Source of the DNA: a virus
Taxonomy: Duplodnaviria; Heunggongvirae; Uroviricota; Caudoviricetes
Length of the DNA: 64,000 nt
Reading direction: 5' to 3' (one strand)
IMG/VR virus record: IMGVR_UViG_3300032315_001694
How positions within the stretch are numbered: the first letter of the stretch is position 1; each line of letters starts with the position of its first letter. Of the stretch, positions 18,001-28,060 are shown in pieces. The notes under the pieces were generated by a model. That model saw only the letters and a program-made list of their open reading frames with translations, ran no database searches and was not told the origin of the DNA. Made by a program: the position numbers and the translations under genes.

Positions 18001-19883
18001 TTTCTAGATGGTCTATAAGGCATCAAATTCTTAGTATCAACAGTTCTGTTATAATCCTCGTGAACATCATTGTTATTTAATAAGTAAGGATAATCATGAG
18101 CTGATAAAGAGTTTTGATATCCCCAACGACAGTAAACTGGATTTTTTCTCCAAAGATCCGTCAATTTATTGTTTTCAACTCTAAATGTTTCTAAATTAGC
18201 TGTATAATCAGAAGAAACGGGAACCAACTCAGTTTTACCTTTGAAAATAAAATCATCAAAATCTTGTGGAGATGATTTACTTCTTAAATCAGTTAAGTGC
18301 ATCTTAGTTTCTTCAGTTTTAGTTAGGTCATTTCTTTTCTCATATTCAAATCGAGACATCTCTGAATCTACAACTTGAGTGTCAAAATCTTTAACATCAG
18401 CAAATTTCAATCTATAAATTTTAAAACTCTTAGGAAGATTATTCTTTGTAATCAATAAATCCCAAGTAAAACTAAATCCATCTGCCTCGGCATTTGTATA
18501 ATAAGTGAAAGAATTCTTTTCAGAAAATTTAAATCCATAATCAGTTACTAAAGTTAAATATCCATTTTGATATTGAATATTGTGATAAATGCCATTAATT
18601 TCTATAATATTAACATCAGCAAAACCAATATCATTTATAATATAAGCACTACCATTTAACTTAACAATCTGATTTTGAGGGTTTATATAACACCCCCTTT
18701 GATTTAAAATAGGATAACCCGCAGTTGCACCAGTAGAACCGGATAAATTCAAATCAGAGATTATTCGATACTTAGTCACCACTGGATTTTTTACAGTATC
18801 AACTACTACTTTTTTAGCTTTACCTCCGATATTTTGAGCTACTACTGATAAATCAGATGTTTCTTCAAACTTCTTCACCAAGAAGAAATTGCCTTCGTAT
18901 TCAACCCACATATCAATGTCATCACGGAATCTGTCTTTAAATGGATCACCGTTAATTGGAGATGCTAATACATTACCTGAATAAATCACGACATCATCCC
19001 AAAGTTCAGCCATGCTATAGGGGGTAACTGCGTCAATCAATTCTAAATCTTCTAAATAAAATCCAGCATAACGATTAATTGACCATTTTCTTAGAGAATC
19101 AGGTGTAGCTGGTGTGTCATCAAATAAGTAACTCATATTCAAAATATGAGGAAAAACAACACGATTGACTCTATAACCATCTAAGAAAAATCTTTCAAAA
19201 TCAAATAAAGTATTTTCATTTTCAAGATTCTCACCTAAATAAAGCGGTTTATAAGTCCAACCACCACTATCATAATCTATTCCTATCCATTTAGTAAATT
19301 CCAAATCTCTGAAATCAACCTCAAGTGGAGCAATAGGAAAACTAACATTGTTTGTAAAATTATTCTCAAACCACTCACCCAGAACTGTATTCTTAGTTAA
19401 ATCAAAAACTTTAACAGTTTTTAAATTATTTAAAAATTCAGTCCTAAAATTATTTCTGGTTAGAGTATTCAAACCTGGACCATCTACTCTAAAAATGATA
19501 AAGTATTTTGGTAAACTGTGTTTAAAGACATAAAGAGGCGCAAAATATTCAAATTCTTCTGGATAATTTTTATTATCAAGAATATTTCTAGCACCTGCTA
19601 AATAAACATCATCATACTGAGTTGAGAAATCAGTTGACATATTATCATTATCTTTATCATATTTAACACTGAAAGCTATATCAACCGGAAAATCTTTGAA
19701 AAAATAAGGAACTAATTCATCAAGAAAATTATTCTTATTGAATTGAACTTTTTTGAATCTGGTTGCCGCCAATTCTGGAGCAGAATCAATACTCTCTAAG
19801 TATAAATTGTATTGACTATCTACAATAATTTTTACATTTGTTGATAATCCAGTATGTGTTCTTAATATGCTGAATGATTTCAT
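15042..19883 (-). CDS. very large virion structural protein (putative tail fiber / baseplate / host-recognition protein), 1613 aa
   Basis: Size; Asn/Ser/Thr/Tyr/Gly-rich beta-type composition; contiguous with second giant ORF; no enzymatic motifs seen. Confidence 0.45.
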   Translation of the reverse strand: MKSFSILRTHTGLSTNVKIIVDSQYNLYLESIDSAPELAATRFKKVQFNKNNFLDELVPYFFKDFPVDIAFSVKYDKDNDNMSTDFSTQYDDVYLAGARNILDNKNYPEEFEYFAPLYVFKHSLPKYFIIFRVDGPGLNTLTRNNFRTEFLNNLKTVKVFDLTKNTVLGEWFENNFTNNVSFPIAPLEVDFRDLEFTKWIGIDYDSGGWTYKPLYLGENLENENTLFDFERFFLDGYRVNRVVFPHILNMSYLFDDTPATPDSLRKWSINRYAGFYLEDLELIDAVTPYSMAELWDDVVIYSGNVLASPINGDPFKDRFRDDIDMWVEYEGNFFLVKKFEETSDLSVVAQNIGGKAKKVVVDTVKNPVVTKYRIISDLNLSGSTGATAGYPILNQRGCYINPQNQIVKLNGSAYIINDIGFADVNIIEINGIYHNIQYQNGYLTLVTDYGFKFSEKNSFTYYTNAEADGFSFTWDLLITKNNLPKSFKIYRLKFADVKDFDTQVVDSEMSRFEYEKRNDLTKTEETKMHLTDLRSKSSPQDFDDFIFKGKTELVPVSSDYTANLETFRVENNKLTDLWRKNPVYCRWGYQNSLSAHDYPYLLNNNDVHEDYNRTVDTKNLMPYRPSRNLDYFYTINSGTTSYLHHSLHVEKNIGNAQDSSYQFELDKYLEIGSASFLGQPYTYTFSYFDLFFSQTQSFIDGELVHNKKKYSYFEGGDRVEPNTTVFRGLKFRLFEVDSIKNNPTSIENINLFSSNLFQDYKFSILLSSNDWMVSDESTLYKPYYWNYFIDNQFSYNGNVGFLTSYGMSPSNVSVGDIVEIDQFYPYITPEYQATASVVRDVGIFTYGGYGFTTDKPFVRSTPKQPGIWRNKMQWQVIRNWEHDKSYNVGDYVMYEGVSFRVIDGVTISNPLDNPINLVGSYSVATNFNQFWNYAATASWVYIYDEYYQFNNSGSTVSFWNPSTSTYSIGNTVIYDNRFFSAVTFSSSYVPVGVHPVTQDRKIQSSSEDKYWREVVVDDSTSQNFNWKKIELWDKNSGYSTSKYVVYNETLYLSNSSVTYEDIPGVSTNWGRIYSFVPDTSFIYGTMSNSIVKIGDTYYYCQYNPNITLDNGITIYINKKWKNVLVNIAINDNTISSNALIMDETRNIERDNLYVETNGRLTAANFIRQINDLDTIYGFADYTSYVVIEEDGTFKKYKFGNNLESLPYYIVCEEPDELNLKNDSLRYSLKTLDKNTLKPYRSLVNGEIDNLEKIDFYNEVPLGVEITNVKSDPQVLPNYNNQKTEIFQHIFRHTGYYMPIFYEVELFRDSSLYDVGSLCDVQFVLSGFDPNQPVNFDFWRGDLLEQMELDLFPPVGGFTSSSLTSWENFYTQITSTISPLSIYSDLGFEIDVYEPGNTLIHPQIESGYFVLSIKYKSDKCDVRITASQNDPCKNILQYFFEQNEYNLESIQEALTDNEFTISKSSVNLCCPDCGPMSVSYIQYSIQNRPYTPFHTFLNSLPEVNCPVSATASISRIWNSFVSNDYTISQSLDFNNAYLLLAPILGSNTSKGIGQYGDPSLLLQLYGQIMQVPIGSRTQLLDFILTNGIVVGCDQNNYFVFSNEQYAQYSEAFGF

Positions 19884-19886
19884 CTA

Positions 19887-22800
19887 TTATTTAACTACGG
19901 TTGTATAATTTTTTGGTTTAGAAGCAAATGTTACTTTGTTTCTATTTAAGTTGAAAATCAAAGTAAACACAAATGGTTTATTTTCAGCCTCGTTTTCTAT
20001 GAAGAATTTTAACTTCTTGATGTGTTTAACTGTTTGTGTTTGTTTATTTAAGTTAATATACTCATAGTTGACACCAGTTTGTGTGTTATCTAAAGCATTC
20101 ATTTTAAAGTAAATATTAATAGGTAAAATAATTTCTCCACCACCATCAATAGAACGAACTTTATCTTGATTAGTCTCAACAATATTTGACAAATCGTTAA
20201 TAACCGGATGTATAGTGGTCAAAAACTTAGTAGTTGAACCAACTGATACCGAAACATCTTTCCACTTACTATTATCAAGAAGCGAACTATTACTTGACAG
20301 AAAAGATAAAGATTGATTTTCGTTATAACCAACATTGTATTCAGTCAAACTCAAAATATTTGTAATTGAGTTGTTATTAGCAGCAACAAAGTTATTACCG
20401 ATATTTTCAAAAAGTCTTGTCACCACATTTGATGAACTTGTTACTGCTTCATAGTTTACCAACCAGATAAACTGATTATTAACTTGAGTTTTACTAACAC
20501 CTGATACATCTGAGAATATTAATTGGTCTTGATTATCAACCCAGAATCCTTGTGGAACATTAGTATTATAAACATCACCATTATTAGCATAAGTCCTATT
20601 TGAAAGAAGTCCCAATACTGAATCAACTGATTTATTTTGAACACGAATAGCAAAATCTTTAATAACATAGATATTATTAGCATAAACTCTACCAGTTGGT
20701 ACACCAGTTCCAGTAAATGATTCTAAATAATCCTCACACTCAACATTAAATGTTGTTTCTGAGTTATTAGTAATCACAAATTCTTGATTATTTCTAATAA
20801 TAACAATTTGAAGTTCACCTTTAGCTCTTTTAATTTTCTCTTCTAAGGATTTAACACGAGTTTCTAAACCTTGTAAATACTCTAAAAGTGATAAAGCTAT
20901 ACTATTTGAATCTTTAAATCCAGATAATACAACATCAGAACTCATATAATATGTTTTATTATTTAGAGTTGCTTGTTGATCTAACAATCCATCTAAACCT
21001 CTTGAAGCCAATTCAGTTTGCATTGAAACTTTCAAATCTTCTTTAGAAGCTTCTTTTAAAATAAAGTCATTATCATCTAATACATTATTTAAATCATCAG
21101 GAAAATCCACTGATAAAATTGGTGACCAATCAGATTCAACCGGCGAATCTGGCCAACCAACTTCTGAAATCGATTTAATTCTTATTTCAACTCTTTCAGT
21201 CGGACCAAGTGGAATATCAAGTTGATTAATATTCGGAGTATCAGCATTTTCTAAATCTTCAATTTGCCAAGTATATTCACCAGTCGCCTTATTATAAGTT
21301 CTTTTTCTTACATCTGACTTAAATTCATTCCAATTTGAGAATGCCGCAGTTTTTTGTTGGGCATCTTGACTTATATTAAAAGTCTCAACTGCCGGTTCTT
21401 TACCATCTTTTGATAAATATCTATATTGAATACGGAATTGAATAACTTCCTGTGGCATTGTTCCTCTAACAATCACAGCTTCTGGCATATTCCAGAATCC
21501 CCTTAATCTATATTTAGGATCAATTTTAGTAGTATTAGCTCTTGATAAATCAATAATTTCTTGAACCGTTGTTGTTAATAATTTAGATTTAGAATTCTTC
21601 TTATTATTCAAATCATCAATCTCAATCTCAAATTTCTTTCTTTCAGATGCTGACGTAAACTTGGTTATTTTCAATTTCTTGTTTCTATCATCAAGCGCTT
21701 CCTGAATCTGCCTTACTTCATTTTTTAATGAAACTGTATAATTATGCTTATTCTTTAATAAATTAGCATCAGTTGAGTCAGTTAAGTGTTTATTAATTTG
21801 AACCACCTTAAAATTAGTAGCATCCAATACTGCAACATTTGGTGTTCCAGACAAACCGTTTGGTTTCTTTTTAGCAACTAAATCATTTAAAAGTGAACCA
21901 TAGTCATAAACAGTTGAGATGTAATACTGCTCCATTGTCTGTCCATTAGTTGAATCAGATGATGAAACTCTTAAATCATTAGTGTAGTAACCAACACCTT
22001 TTGACCAATCTTTCGCAATTAAATTACTATCAGCATTAACTGGTTTAATGAAAAGAACATTTCTTTCATTATATCCAATACTAATTCTTACTTTTTTAGT
22101 ATAGATAACAGGTGAATAAATTTTAAGTGTTCCAATTCCAACCGGAATCGGTTGTAATCCCTCAACTCTTTCAAATATAACTCTTGGATTAGATTCAGTA
22201 GTTGAAATCTCAATTACTTTATATCTTGTGTTCGAAATTGCTTGATTGATAATTAATTCACTACCAATTGATAATTGTTTTACTTCAGTAGTTTCATTAA
22301 TCAAATAATCTAATGTATTAAGATGATAATAAAGTTTTCTATTTAAAACATCTTCTTCAATCCTAATAACGTTAAAAACACCATCATATAGAACACTATT
22401 TGGTTGCAAATCAAACATCTGTTCATCATAATTAATATTAAGTGGCTCAACAATACCAGGTGTGGTTCTATACCAATTCTCAAATTCCTGAACATCTATA
22501 TTTGTATTGCCACGATAAAGATTGTTAAAACTTGTTAAAGCTGATTGACCCAATGTGGTTAAATTACCATTAGCATCATTTGCAAAATCAACAATATATC
22601 GTCTGACTAAACATTTTCTAACATTATTTTCTATTTTATCACTTAAATTGAATTCAATTTTCAAGATAGGATTCAACATTGAATCGAAAAACCAATTTTT
22701 TTCAACTTTAAACTGAGTAACTGTATCTAAAGTTGCAATTGGATTTGGCTCTCTATTTAAATCAACTGTAATGATTTTTTTAAACTGATTTTGAGAAGTC

Positions 22801-23060
22801 GTTTGTATCAAGGCACCAGTTGTATCAATCGAATAAAGAGAATTGATTGAATTATTTAATCTCTCTATTTCACTTTTTAAGAAAGTAAATGATGGTAGAG
22901 AGTATGTTGTTAAAACACCACTCGAATCAAATATCCTAACATCAACATTTGGGTTAGTTGTTGTTGATAGAGAGTTAATTTTTGATAAAATTTCTACTAT
23001 ATTTGAGTTAAACGATGCGATTTGCTCAGCTACCGTTGCGAAACTACTTTGAATTGGCAT
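19887..23060 (-). CDS. large virion structural protein (putative tail fiber/tail-associated), 1057 aa
   Basis: Size, composition, 3-nt spacing to downstream giant gene. Confidence 0.45.
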   Translation of the reverse strand: MPIQSSFATVAEQIASFNSNIVEILSKINSLSTTTNPNVDVRIFDSSGVLTTYSLPSFTFLKSEIERLNNSINSLYSIDTTGALIQTTSQNQFKKIITVDLNREPNPIATLDTVTQFKVEKNWFFDSMLNPILKIEFNLSDKIENNVRKCLVRRYIVDFANDANGNLTTLGQSALTSFNNLYRGNTNIDVQEFENWYRTTPGIVEPLNINYDEQMFDLQPNSVLYDGVFNVIRIEEDVLNRKLYYHLNTLDYLINETTEVKQLSIGSELIINQAISNTRYKVIEISTTESNPRVIFERVEGLQPIPVGIGTLKIYSPVIYTKKVRISIGYNERNVLFIKPVNADSNLIAKDWSKGVGYYTNDLRVSSSDSTNGQTMEQYYISTVYDYGSLLNDLVAKKKPNGLSGTPNVAVLDATNFKVVQINKHLTDSTDANLLKNKHNYTVSLKNEVRQIQEALDDRNKKLKITKFTSASERKKFEIEIDDLNNKKNSKSKLLTTTVQEIIDLSRANTTKIDPKYRLRGFWNMPEAVIVRGTMPQEVIQFRIQYRYLSKDGKEPAVETFNISQDAQQKTAAFSNWNEFKSDVRKRTYNKATGEYTWQIEDLENADTPNINQLDIPLGPTERVEIRIKSISEVGWPDSPVESDWSPILSVDFPDDLNNVLDDNDFILKEASKEDLKVSMQTELASRGLDGLLDQQATLNNKTYYMSSDVVLSGFKDSNSIALSLLEYLQGLETRVKSLEEKIKRAKGELQIVIIRNNQEFVITNNSETTFNVECEDYLESFTGTGVPTGRVYANNIYVIKDFAIRVQNKSVDSVLGLLSNRTYANNGDVYNTNVPQGFWVDNQDQLIFSDVSGVSKTQVNNQFIWLVNYEAVTSSSNVVTRLFENIGNNFVAANNNSITNILSLTEYNVGYNENQSLSFLSSNSSLLDNSKWKDVSVSVGSTTKFLTTIHPVINDLSNIVETNQDKVRSIDGGGEIILPINIYFKMNALDNTQTGVNYEYINLNKQTQTVKHIKKLKFFIENEAENKPFVFTLIFNLNRNKVTFASKPKNYTTVVK

Positions 23061-23150
23061 GATACGACTTTAATTTTGTATTATATATTATTTTGTAGTT
23101 TTTTCTCAACCGGATTTTGAAAATTAAAATAAAATTAGTAACTTTATAAT

Positions 23151-23384
23151 ATGTTACAAATTTGGAATGTTACCTTTAATGATGGTGGTTGGCACCAAAG
23201 CCTACCAACTTTTACTATTGTTGCTGAAAATAAGTCTAAGGCTATAGAAATAGCTAAATCTGAGAATAAACACTATTCAAATTGGGATGTCTGGGCATCT
23301 GAGTTTAAAATAGAAGGATATGTGATTGAAGTATATGATGAAAAAACATACCAAAGAGAAAAAAATCTTGATAAATTATTATGA
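23151..23384 (+). CDS. hypothetical protein
   Basis: 77 aa. Confidence 0.35.
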   Translation: MLQIWNVTFNDGGWHQSLPTFTIVAENKSKAIEIAKSENKHYSNWDVWASEFKIEGYVIEVYDEKTYQREKNLDKLL

Positions 23385-23611
23385 GCCTTTTCAAAAAAGC
23401 AAAAGATAGAGAAAAATATCTTGGAATAAAATTATGTTTATATTGTCAAGTAGAGTTTAAACCGGACACAAGAAATACAAAAAGAGGATGGGGACTATAT
23501 TGTTCTAAATCTTGTGCAACAAAACACTATAATTTAATAGCATCTTTACCAAAAGAAAAAAAAATATCTGAATTGAGAAATAAAAGATTAGCTCAGTTGG
23601 GAATTCAATAA
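23381..23611 (+). CDS. small zinc-ribbon protein
   Basis: CLYCQ...CSKSC paired cysteines. Confidence 0.35.
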   Translation: MSLFKKAKDREKYLGIKLCLYCQVEFKPDTRNTKRGWGLYCSKSCATKHYNLIASLPKEKKISELRNKRLAQLGIQ

Positions 23612-23619
23612 TAATTTAG

Positions 23620-23627
23620 TATATTTG
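23620..23627 (+). promoter_or_regulatory. TAtaTTTG -7 promoter element 5 nt before the ligase ATG (leaderless-type spacing)
   Basis: Motif tagtatatttgtag is repeated verbatim at 29411..29424. Confidence 0.45.
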
Positions 23628-23631
23628 TAGA

Positions 23632-25464
23632 ATGATTGGAGAACTCGTAAACAAAATTAAACAAGCTAACGAAGCTTATCGTGTTGGTAAGCCTATTATG
23701 TCAGACTCTCAATATGATATTTTAGTTGATGAACTAAAATCTCTTGATCCACAAAATCCAATACTTACTCAAGTTGGTTATACTGTTACCGACGAATCGC
23801 GTAAGCGTAAACTTCCTATCGAAATGGCTTCGATGAATAAGTGTAAAACAATGGATGAAATTTCAGATTGGTGTCGTCTTAAAGGCATCAACACTTCTCA
23901 AAATGTAGTTATTACTCCTAAATATGATGGACTTTCTCTTTGTGTTAATGAGTTAACTGGTGAATCTTGGACTCGTGGTGATGGTCAATTTGGTCAGAAA
24001 TCCGATGAACATTATAAATTAATCGGCAACCACTTGAATAATCCTGGTGGATTTCACTTCACCTATGGTGAGGTGATGATGCCTAAAAAGGCATTTGTTG
24101 ATAAATATTCAGTAGATTACGCTAATCCTCGTAATCTTGTTGGTGGCCTTCTTAACTCTAAAGAAGTTACCGAACCACTCAGAGATACCGTTTATATTAA
24201 GTATGGTGCTCTACTTCAATCAGAATTTGAAGGACAATATGCAACTAAAAGCGACTTGATTAAGGATTTGAACTCTGGACAAGAAATCCAAGTTCCTTTC
24301 AAAGTTATTTCTACCAAAGATTTAAATCACGAAATCCTATTTGACCTTTTCAAATCTTGGTCAAAAGATTTTGAAATTGATGGTCTTATTATAGAGATAG
24401 ATTCTTTACAAATACAAGATCAATTAGGTCGTGAAACTTCTTCTAATAATCCTGTTTGGGCACGTGCTTACAAATCCCCTGATTTTGAACAAGTAGCTGA
24501 AACTACTATTACTGGCATTTCTTGGAATATATCTAAACAAGGTTACCTTAAACCAACTCTTCACGTTGATCCAATTAAATTAGATGGTGTTACTATTTCT
24601 AATGTTACCGGAAACAATGCTCGATTTGTAAAAGATTTAGGACTGGGTGCCGGTGCTAAAGTACTTATTAAACGAAGCGGAATGGTGATTCCCATAATTT
24701 ATGATGTAGTAGAAAAAGTAGATTTTCAAATGCCAAATGTTTCAAATATTGATTGGAATGAAAATGGTGTTGAGTTAATGACTCTTACTGAAACTGATGA
24801 ACAAAGATTCAAACAAACCGTTTCTTTCTTTGAAATCTTAGAAGTTGATAACGTAGGAGAGGGGGTTGTAAAACAACTTTGGGATGCTGGTTTTGATTCA
24901 GTTAAAAAAATCTTAGAACTAACACCAGATAAACTTTCTAAATTAGAAGGATTCGGTAATCGTAAGGCAATGATTGTTTATAATTCAATACAATCTAAAA
25001 TAAAAGATGTTCAACTTTCTAAGTTGCAGCACGCCACTGGATTCTTCAAGGGACTTGGTTCTAAGAAACTACTTCTACTTGAACATTTCGAAACTAAACC
25101 ATCTATTGATGAAGTTGTTAGTATAGAAGGATTTGCTGAAACTTCTGCTGAATCTTATTTGGAATCTTATGATAGATTCTTTACTTTTGTTAAAGAGTTG
25201 CCGGTAACTATTGCCAAAAAATTAGAAGCTGTTAAAGTATCAAGTGACTTAGATGACATGACATTTGTTTTCACGGGTGTTCGTAGGGTTGACCTTGAGG
25301 CAGTTATCGAATCTCGTGGCGGTAAAATTGGTTCAGGTGTTAGTAAAAACACAACTCACTTAGTGATGAAGTCAGTTGGTTCTGGTTCTTCTAAAGAAAA
25401 GAAAGCAATCGAACTGGGTGTGAAAATTATGACGGTATCTGATTTAGAAAACTTATTAAAATAA
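23632..25464 (+). CDS. ligA: NAD-dependent DNA ligase (LigA family)
   Basis: Adenylation motif KYDGLSL; TRGDGQFGQ; HhH region; C-terminal BRCT (FVFTGVRRVDLEAVIESRGGKIGSGVSKNTTHLV). Confidence 0.8.
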   Translation: MIGELVNKIKQANEAYRVGKPIMSDSQYDILVDELKSLDPQNPILTQVGYTVTDESRKRKLPIEMASMNKCKTMDEISDWCRLKGINTSQNVVITPKYDGLSLCVNELTGESWTRGDGQFGQKSDEHYKLIGNHLNNPGGFHFTYGEVMMPKKAFVDKYSVDYANPRNLVGGLLNSKEVTEPLRDTVYIKYGALLQSEFEGQYATKSDLIKDLNSGQEIQVPFKVISTKDLNHEILFDLFKSWSKDFEIDGLIIEIDSLQIQDQLGRETSSNNPVWARAYKSPDFEQVAETTITGISWNISKQGYLKPTLHVDPIKLDGVTISNVTGNNARFVKDLGLGAGAKVLIKRSGMVIPIIYDVVEKVDFQMPNVSNIDWNENGVELMTLTETDEQRFKQTVSFFEILEVDNVGEGVVKQLWDAGFDSVKKILELTPDKLSKLEGFGNRKAMIVYNSIQSKIKDVQLSKLQHATGFFKGLGSKKLLLLEHFETKPSIDEVVSIEGFAETSAESYLESYDRFFTFVKELPVTIAKKLEAVKVSSDLDDMTFVFTGVRRVDLEAVIESRGGKIGSGVSKNTTHLVMKSVGSGSSKEKKAIELGVKIMTVSDLENLLK

Positions 25465-25500
25465 ATTTAAACGAACTATTAAAATAAAAACAGAATTAAT

Positions 25501-25884
25501 ATGTTATACATTTTAGCACTAATAAGTGGATTTTTTATAGGATTAGGTGTAACACTATATTTTAAGAAATCTATATCAACACAAAAACCTAAATATCTTA
25601 GGAGAGGTATTTATAATCACACATTTGAAGTAACTGATACTTTTGGTCACAAAAGTGATATTCATGTCCAGTTTGAAGTGGGTGAGATAGAAAGAACTGT
25701 TAATAATTCAAAAATAGAAGTAATCAATATTGTTCCAAATACAACTGTATATTCTACGGAAAGTTACAAGAGGAAAATGATTGGTTTAGTTAACCATACT
25801 TGGGTCGATTCATCTAGTTTTGATTGGATTGAAGATGATATGAGTGAAAAAAGAAATAAGAAAATTGACCAAATTTTAGGTTAA
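25501..25884 (+). CDS. hypothetical membrane protein
   Basis: N-terminal TM helix. Confidence 0.35.
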   Translation: MLYILALISGFFIGLGVTLYFKKSISTQKPKYLRRGIYNHTFEVTDTFGHKSDIHVQFEVGEIERTVNNSKIEVINIVPNTTVYSTESYKRKMIGLVNHTWVDSSSFDWIEDDMSEKRNKKIDQILG

Positions 25885-25900
25885 TATATATTAACAATTT

Positions 25901-26197
25901 ATGTTTAATGAAATTTTAAATCTTATTTTGTCACTACCAAGTTTTAACCCTTATGGGTTAAGGTTTATTGATTTTAATTCTAAATTACAATGTAAAATCA
26001 ATAACAAAATTCTAGTTTCTTCTTATACTCACCAAGAAGAAACTTGGTCTATTCAGCTATTGTCTCGTGAATGTCATTCTAACTATGAGGAATTTAATTA
26101 TGTCGATCATAAAACTTTTGACTATAAACCCAATATAATCCAACTTATAATAACCACTAATAAATTAATCACTAAATATTTACAAAATGAGCACTAA
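25901..26197 (+). CDS. hypothetical protein
   Basis: 98 aa. Confidence 0.3.
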   Translation: MFNEILNLILSLPSFNPYGLRFIDFNSKLQCKINNKILVSSYTHQEETWSIQLLSRECHSNYEEFNYVDHKTFDYKPNIIQLIITTNKLITKYLQNEH

Positions 26198-26390
26198 AAA
26201 ACTGCTGAAAAAACTTGGTTACGGTCATTCTATTCATTACAATTTATACCGTAAGAAATTTGAAGTTTACAAGATTGGTGAATGGGCACCTGGAACAGAA
26301 ATTACTACTGAGAGTAGAGTTATGACAAGTTGTCATGCAAATAAGGCCATAAAAAAATATATTAAAAAATTTAGATTTACTCAAAAGTAG
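26187..26390 (+). CDS. hypothetical small basic protein
   Basis: 67 aa. Confidence 0.3.
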   Translation: MSTKKLLKKLGYGHSIHYNLYRKKFEVYKIGEWAPGTEITTESRVMTSCHANKAIKKYIKKFRFTQK

Positions 26391-26506
26391 TAAACTTTTT
26401 TAGATATATATCATATAATACTTAATTATGCTTCGGTATAATTTTTGTGTAAATTAAACGGCAATTATTACGCTTAAAGGCATAACAAAAAAATTAACGG
26501 CAAACA

Positions 26507-27124
26507 ATGGCAGTAGAAAAGAAAGCAATTTTCTTCCCTGAACAAGAAGAATTATTCAAAGAAAGAACAGGTAAAGATTTCACATTTTTTTACAAAAAGT
26601 ATTATCCAAAATTACTTTATTACACATCTAAAATGTGTCAGTCGGCAAGATTAGACCTGACAAAAGCAGAAGACATTTCGACAGATTCATTCTTAATCGC
26701 ATTCGAAAAAATCGATAAATACGAAAAAGAGAAATCACAATTCTCAACTTGGCTTTTCACTATTGCCAAAAATCTCATGCTTCAAGAGATTAAAACTAAT
26801 CAGAAAACTCTATCAATGGATGTTGAAGTTGATGAAGAAGGAACTACTATGAAAGATTTTCTTCAAGAAGAAGAATCAGAACAATATATCCAAGATTTGA
26901 TTCAAGTAAAAGCAGAAATAATGATTAAACATATTTCTGAATTGAAAGAACCTTACAAACAAGTTATCGAAATGAGAGAAGTTCAAAAAATGGCTTATAA
27001 AGATATTGCCGAACAATTAGGTAAAAATTTAAGCACTATCAAGTCACAAATTAGGAATGGTAGGGCTATTCTAATTTCTGAAACTGAAAAAGAGTTTTTA
27101 ATACTCGATGAAATGTATAAGTAA
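26507..27124 (+). CDS. phage-encoded sigma-70 family (ECF-like) RNA polymerase sigma factor
   Basis: Region-2-like FSTWLFTIAKNLMLQ; region-4 HTH YKDIAEQLGKNLSTIKSQIRNGRAIL. Confidence 0.55.
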   Translation: MAVEKKAIFFPEQEELFKERTGKDFTFFYKKYYPKLLYYTSKMCQSARLDLTKAEDISTDSFLIAFEKIDKYEKEKSQFSTWLFTIAKNLMLQEIKTNQKTLSMDVEVDEEGTTMKDFLQEEESEQYIQDLIQVKAEIMIKHISELKEPYKQVIEMREVQKMAYKDIAEQLGKNLSTIKSQIRNGRAILISETEKEFLILDEMYK

Positions 27125-27164
27125 AACTTTATAATCGTTTAAGATATAAAAAATAAAAATTATT

Positions 27165-27476
27165 ATGGCAGTAAAAGTAACAGATGCAACTTTCAAAGAT
27201 TTCACAAGTAATGGAGTATCTTTAGTTGACTTCAAAGCTGAGTGGTGCAATCCTTGCAAGGCACTATCTCCAATAGTTGAAGAACTATCGAATGAATATG
27301 ATAATGTTAGAATTGGAAAGGTTGATGTGGATGAAAATCCAGAAACATCAAAACAATTAGGAATTCGTTCTATCCCAACAATTTTAATCTATAAAGATGG
27401 TCAAATTGTTGAGAAACACGTAGGTGGAGCATCTAAGGCACAATTAAAGTCTTTGATTGATAAACACCTTAACTAA
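27165..27476 (+). CDS. trxA: thioredoxin
   Basis: WCNPCK active site (variant of WCGPCK); 103 aa. Confidence 0.75.
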   Translation: MAVKVTDATFKDFTSNGVSLVDFKAEWCNPCKALSPIVEELSNEYDNVRIGKVDVDENPETSKQLGIRSIPTILIYKDGQIVEKHVGGASKAQLKSLIDKHLN

Positions 27477-28060
27477 TGAATTTACTTGAAAAGATTCAAA
27501 AGTCCAATACTACACTTATTGGATATGACGCTCAGAATGAAATCTCAGTCGAAAAACTGCTGAGATTTCTTCCGAGCGTTACTCTTTTTGAGAACACTTC
27601 TGATAAAGAAGTCTTAGAACATTTTAATTCTCTTTCACATTTTCGAGATTATAAATTAGATTCATTACTTGGTGAACCAGTTAATTTTGTAATTGTTGAT
27701 CTTTCAACAATTTCTTTTGAATCAGAAATAATCAGCAAGTCTAAGATGTATAAAAAATTCATTCAAGAATTACAATCTTTACTTTATACACTTTCAAATT
27801 CAGATAGCATAATAAAGTTTAAGTTAATTTTACTATCAAAGCTTTATGTCTCTATGATACAACTTCAACCACCATTAATACATTTTGGTGTTAGTGATAC
27901 AGCAATTTATATTTCTGATTTAGTCCTAAAGTTTTCGGGAGATATGGTGATTATTGAAAAGGATAGAATATCTACCGATACTTATGTAAATAATATAAAG
28001 CAAGAATTAAGAGAGATATCAATAAATTCAATATTCGATGAAATTACCACAACGACATAA
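27476..28060 (+). CDS. hypothetical protein
   Basis: 194 aa. Confidence 0.4.
   Translation: MNLLEKIQKSNTTLIGYDAQNEISVEKLLRFLPSVTLFENTSDKEVLEHFNSLSHFRDYKLDSLLGEPVNFVIVDLSTISFESEIISKSKMYKKFIQELQSLLYTLSNSDSIIKFKLILLSKLYVSMIQLQPPLIHFGVSDTAIYISDLVLKFSGDMVIIEKDRISTDTYVNNIKQELREISINSIFDEITTTT

Noticed and set aside
26440-26506. cttcggtataat upstream of the sigma-factor gene as a definite sigma70 promoter
   Set aside because: It is a single -10-like hexamer without a clear -35 at proper spacing. Mentioned as a hint only.
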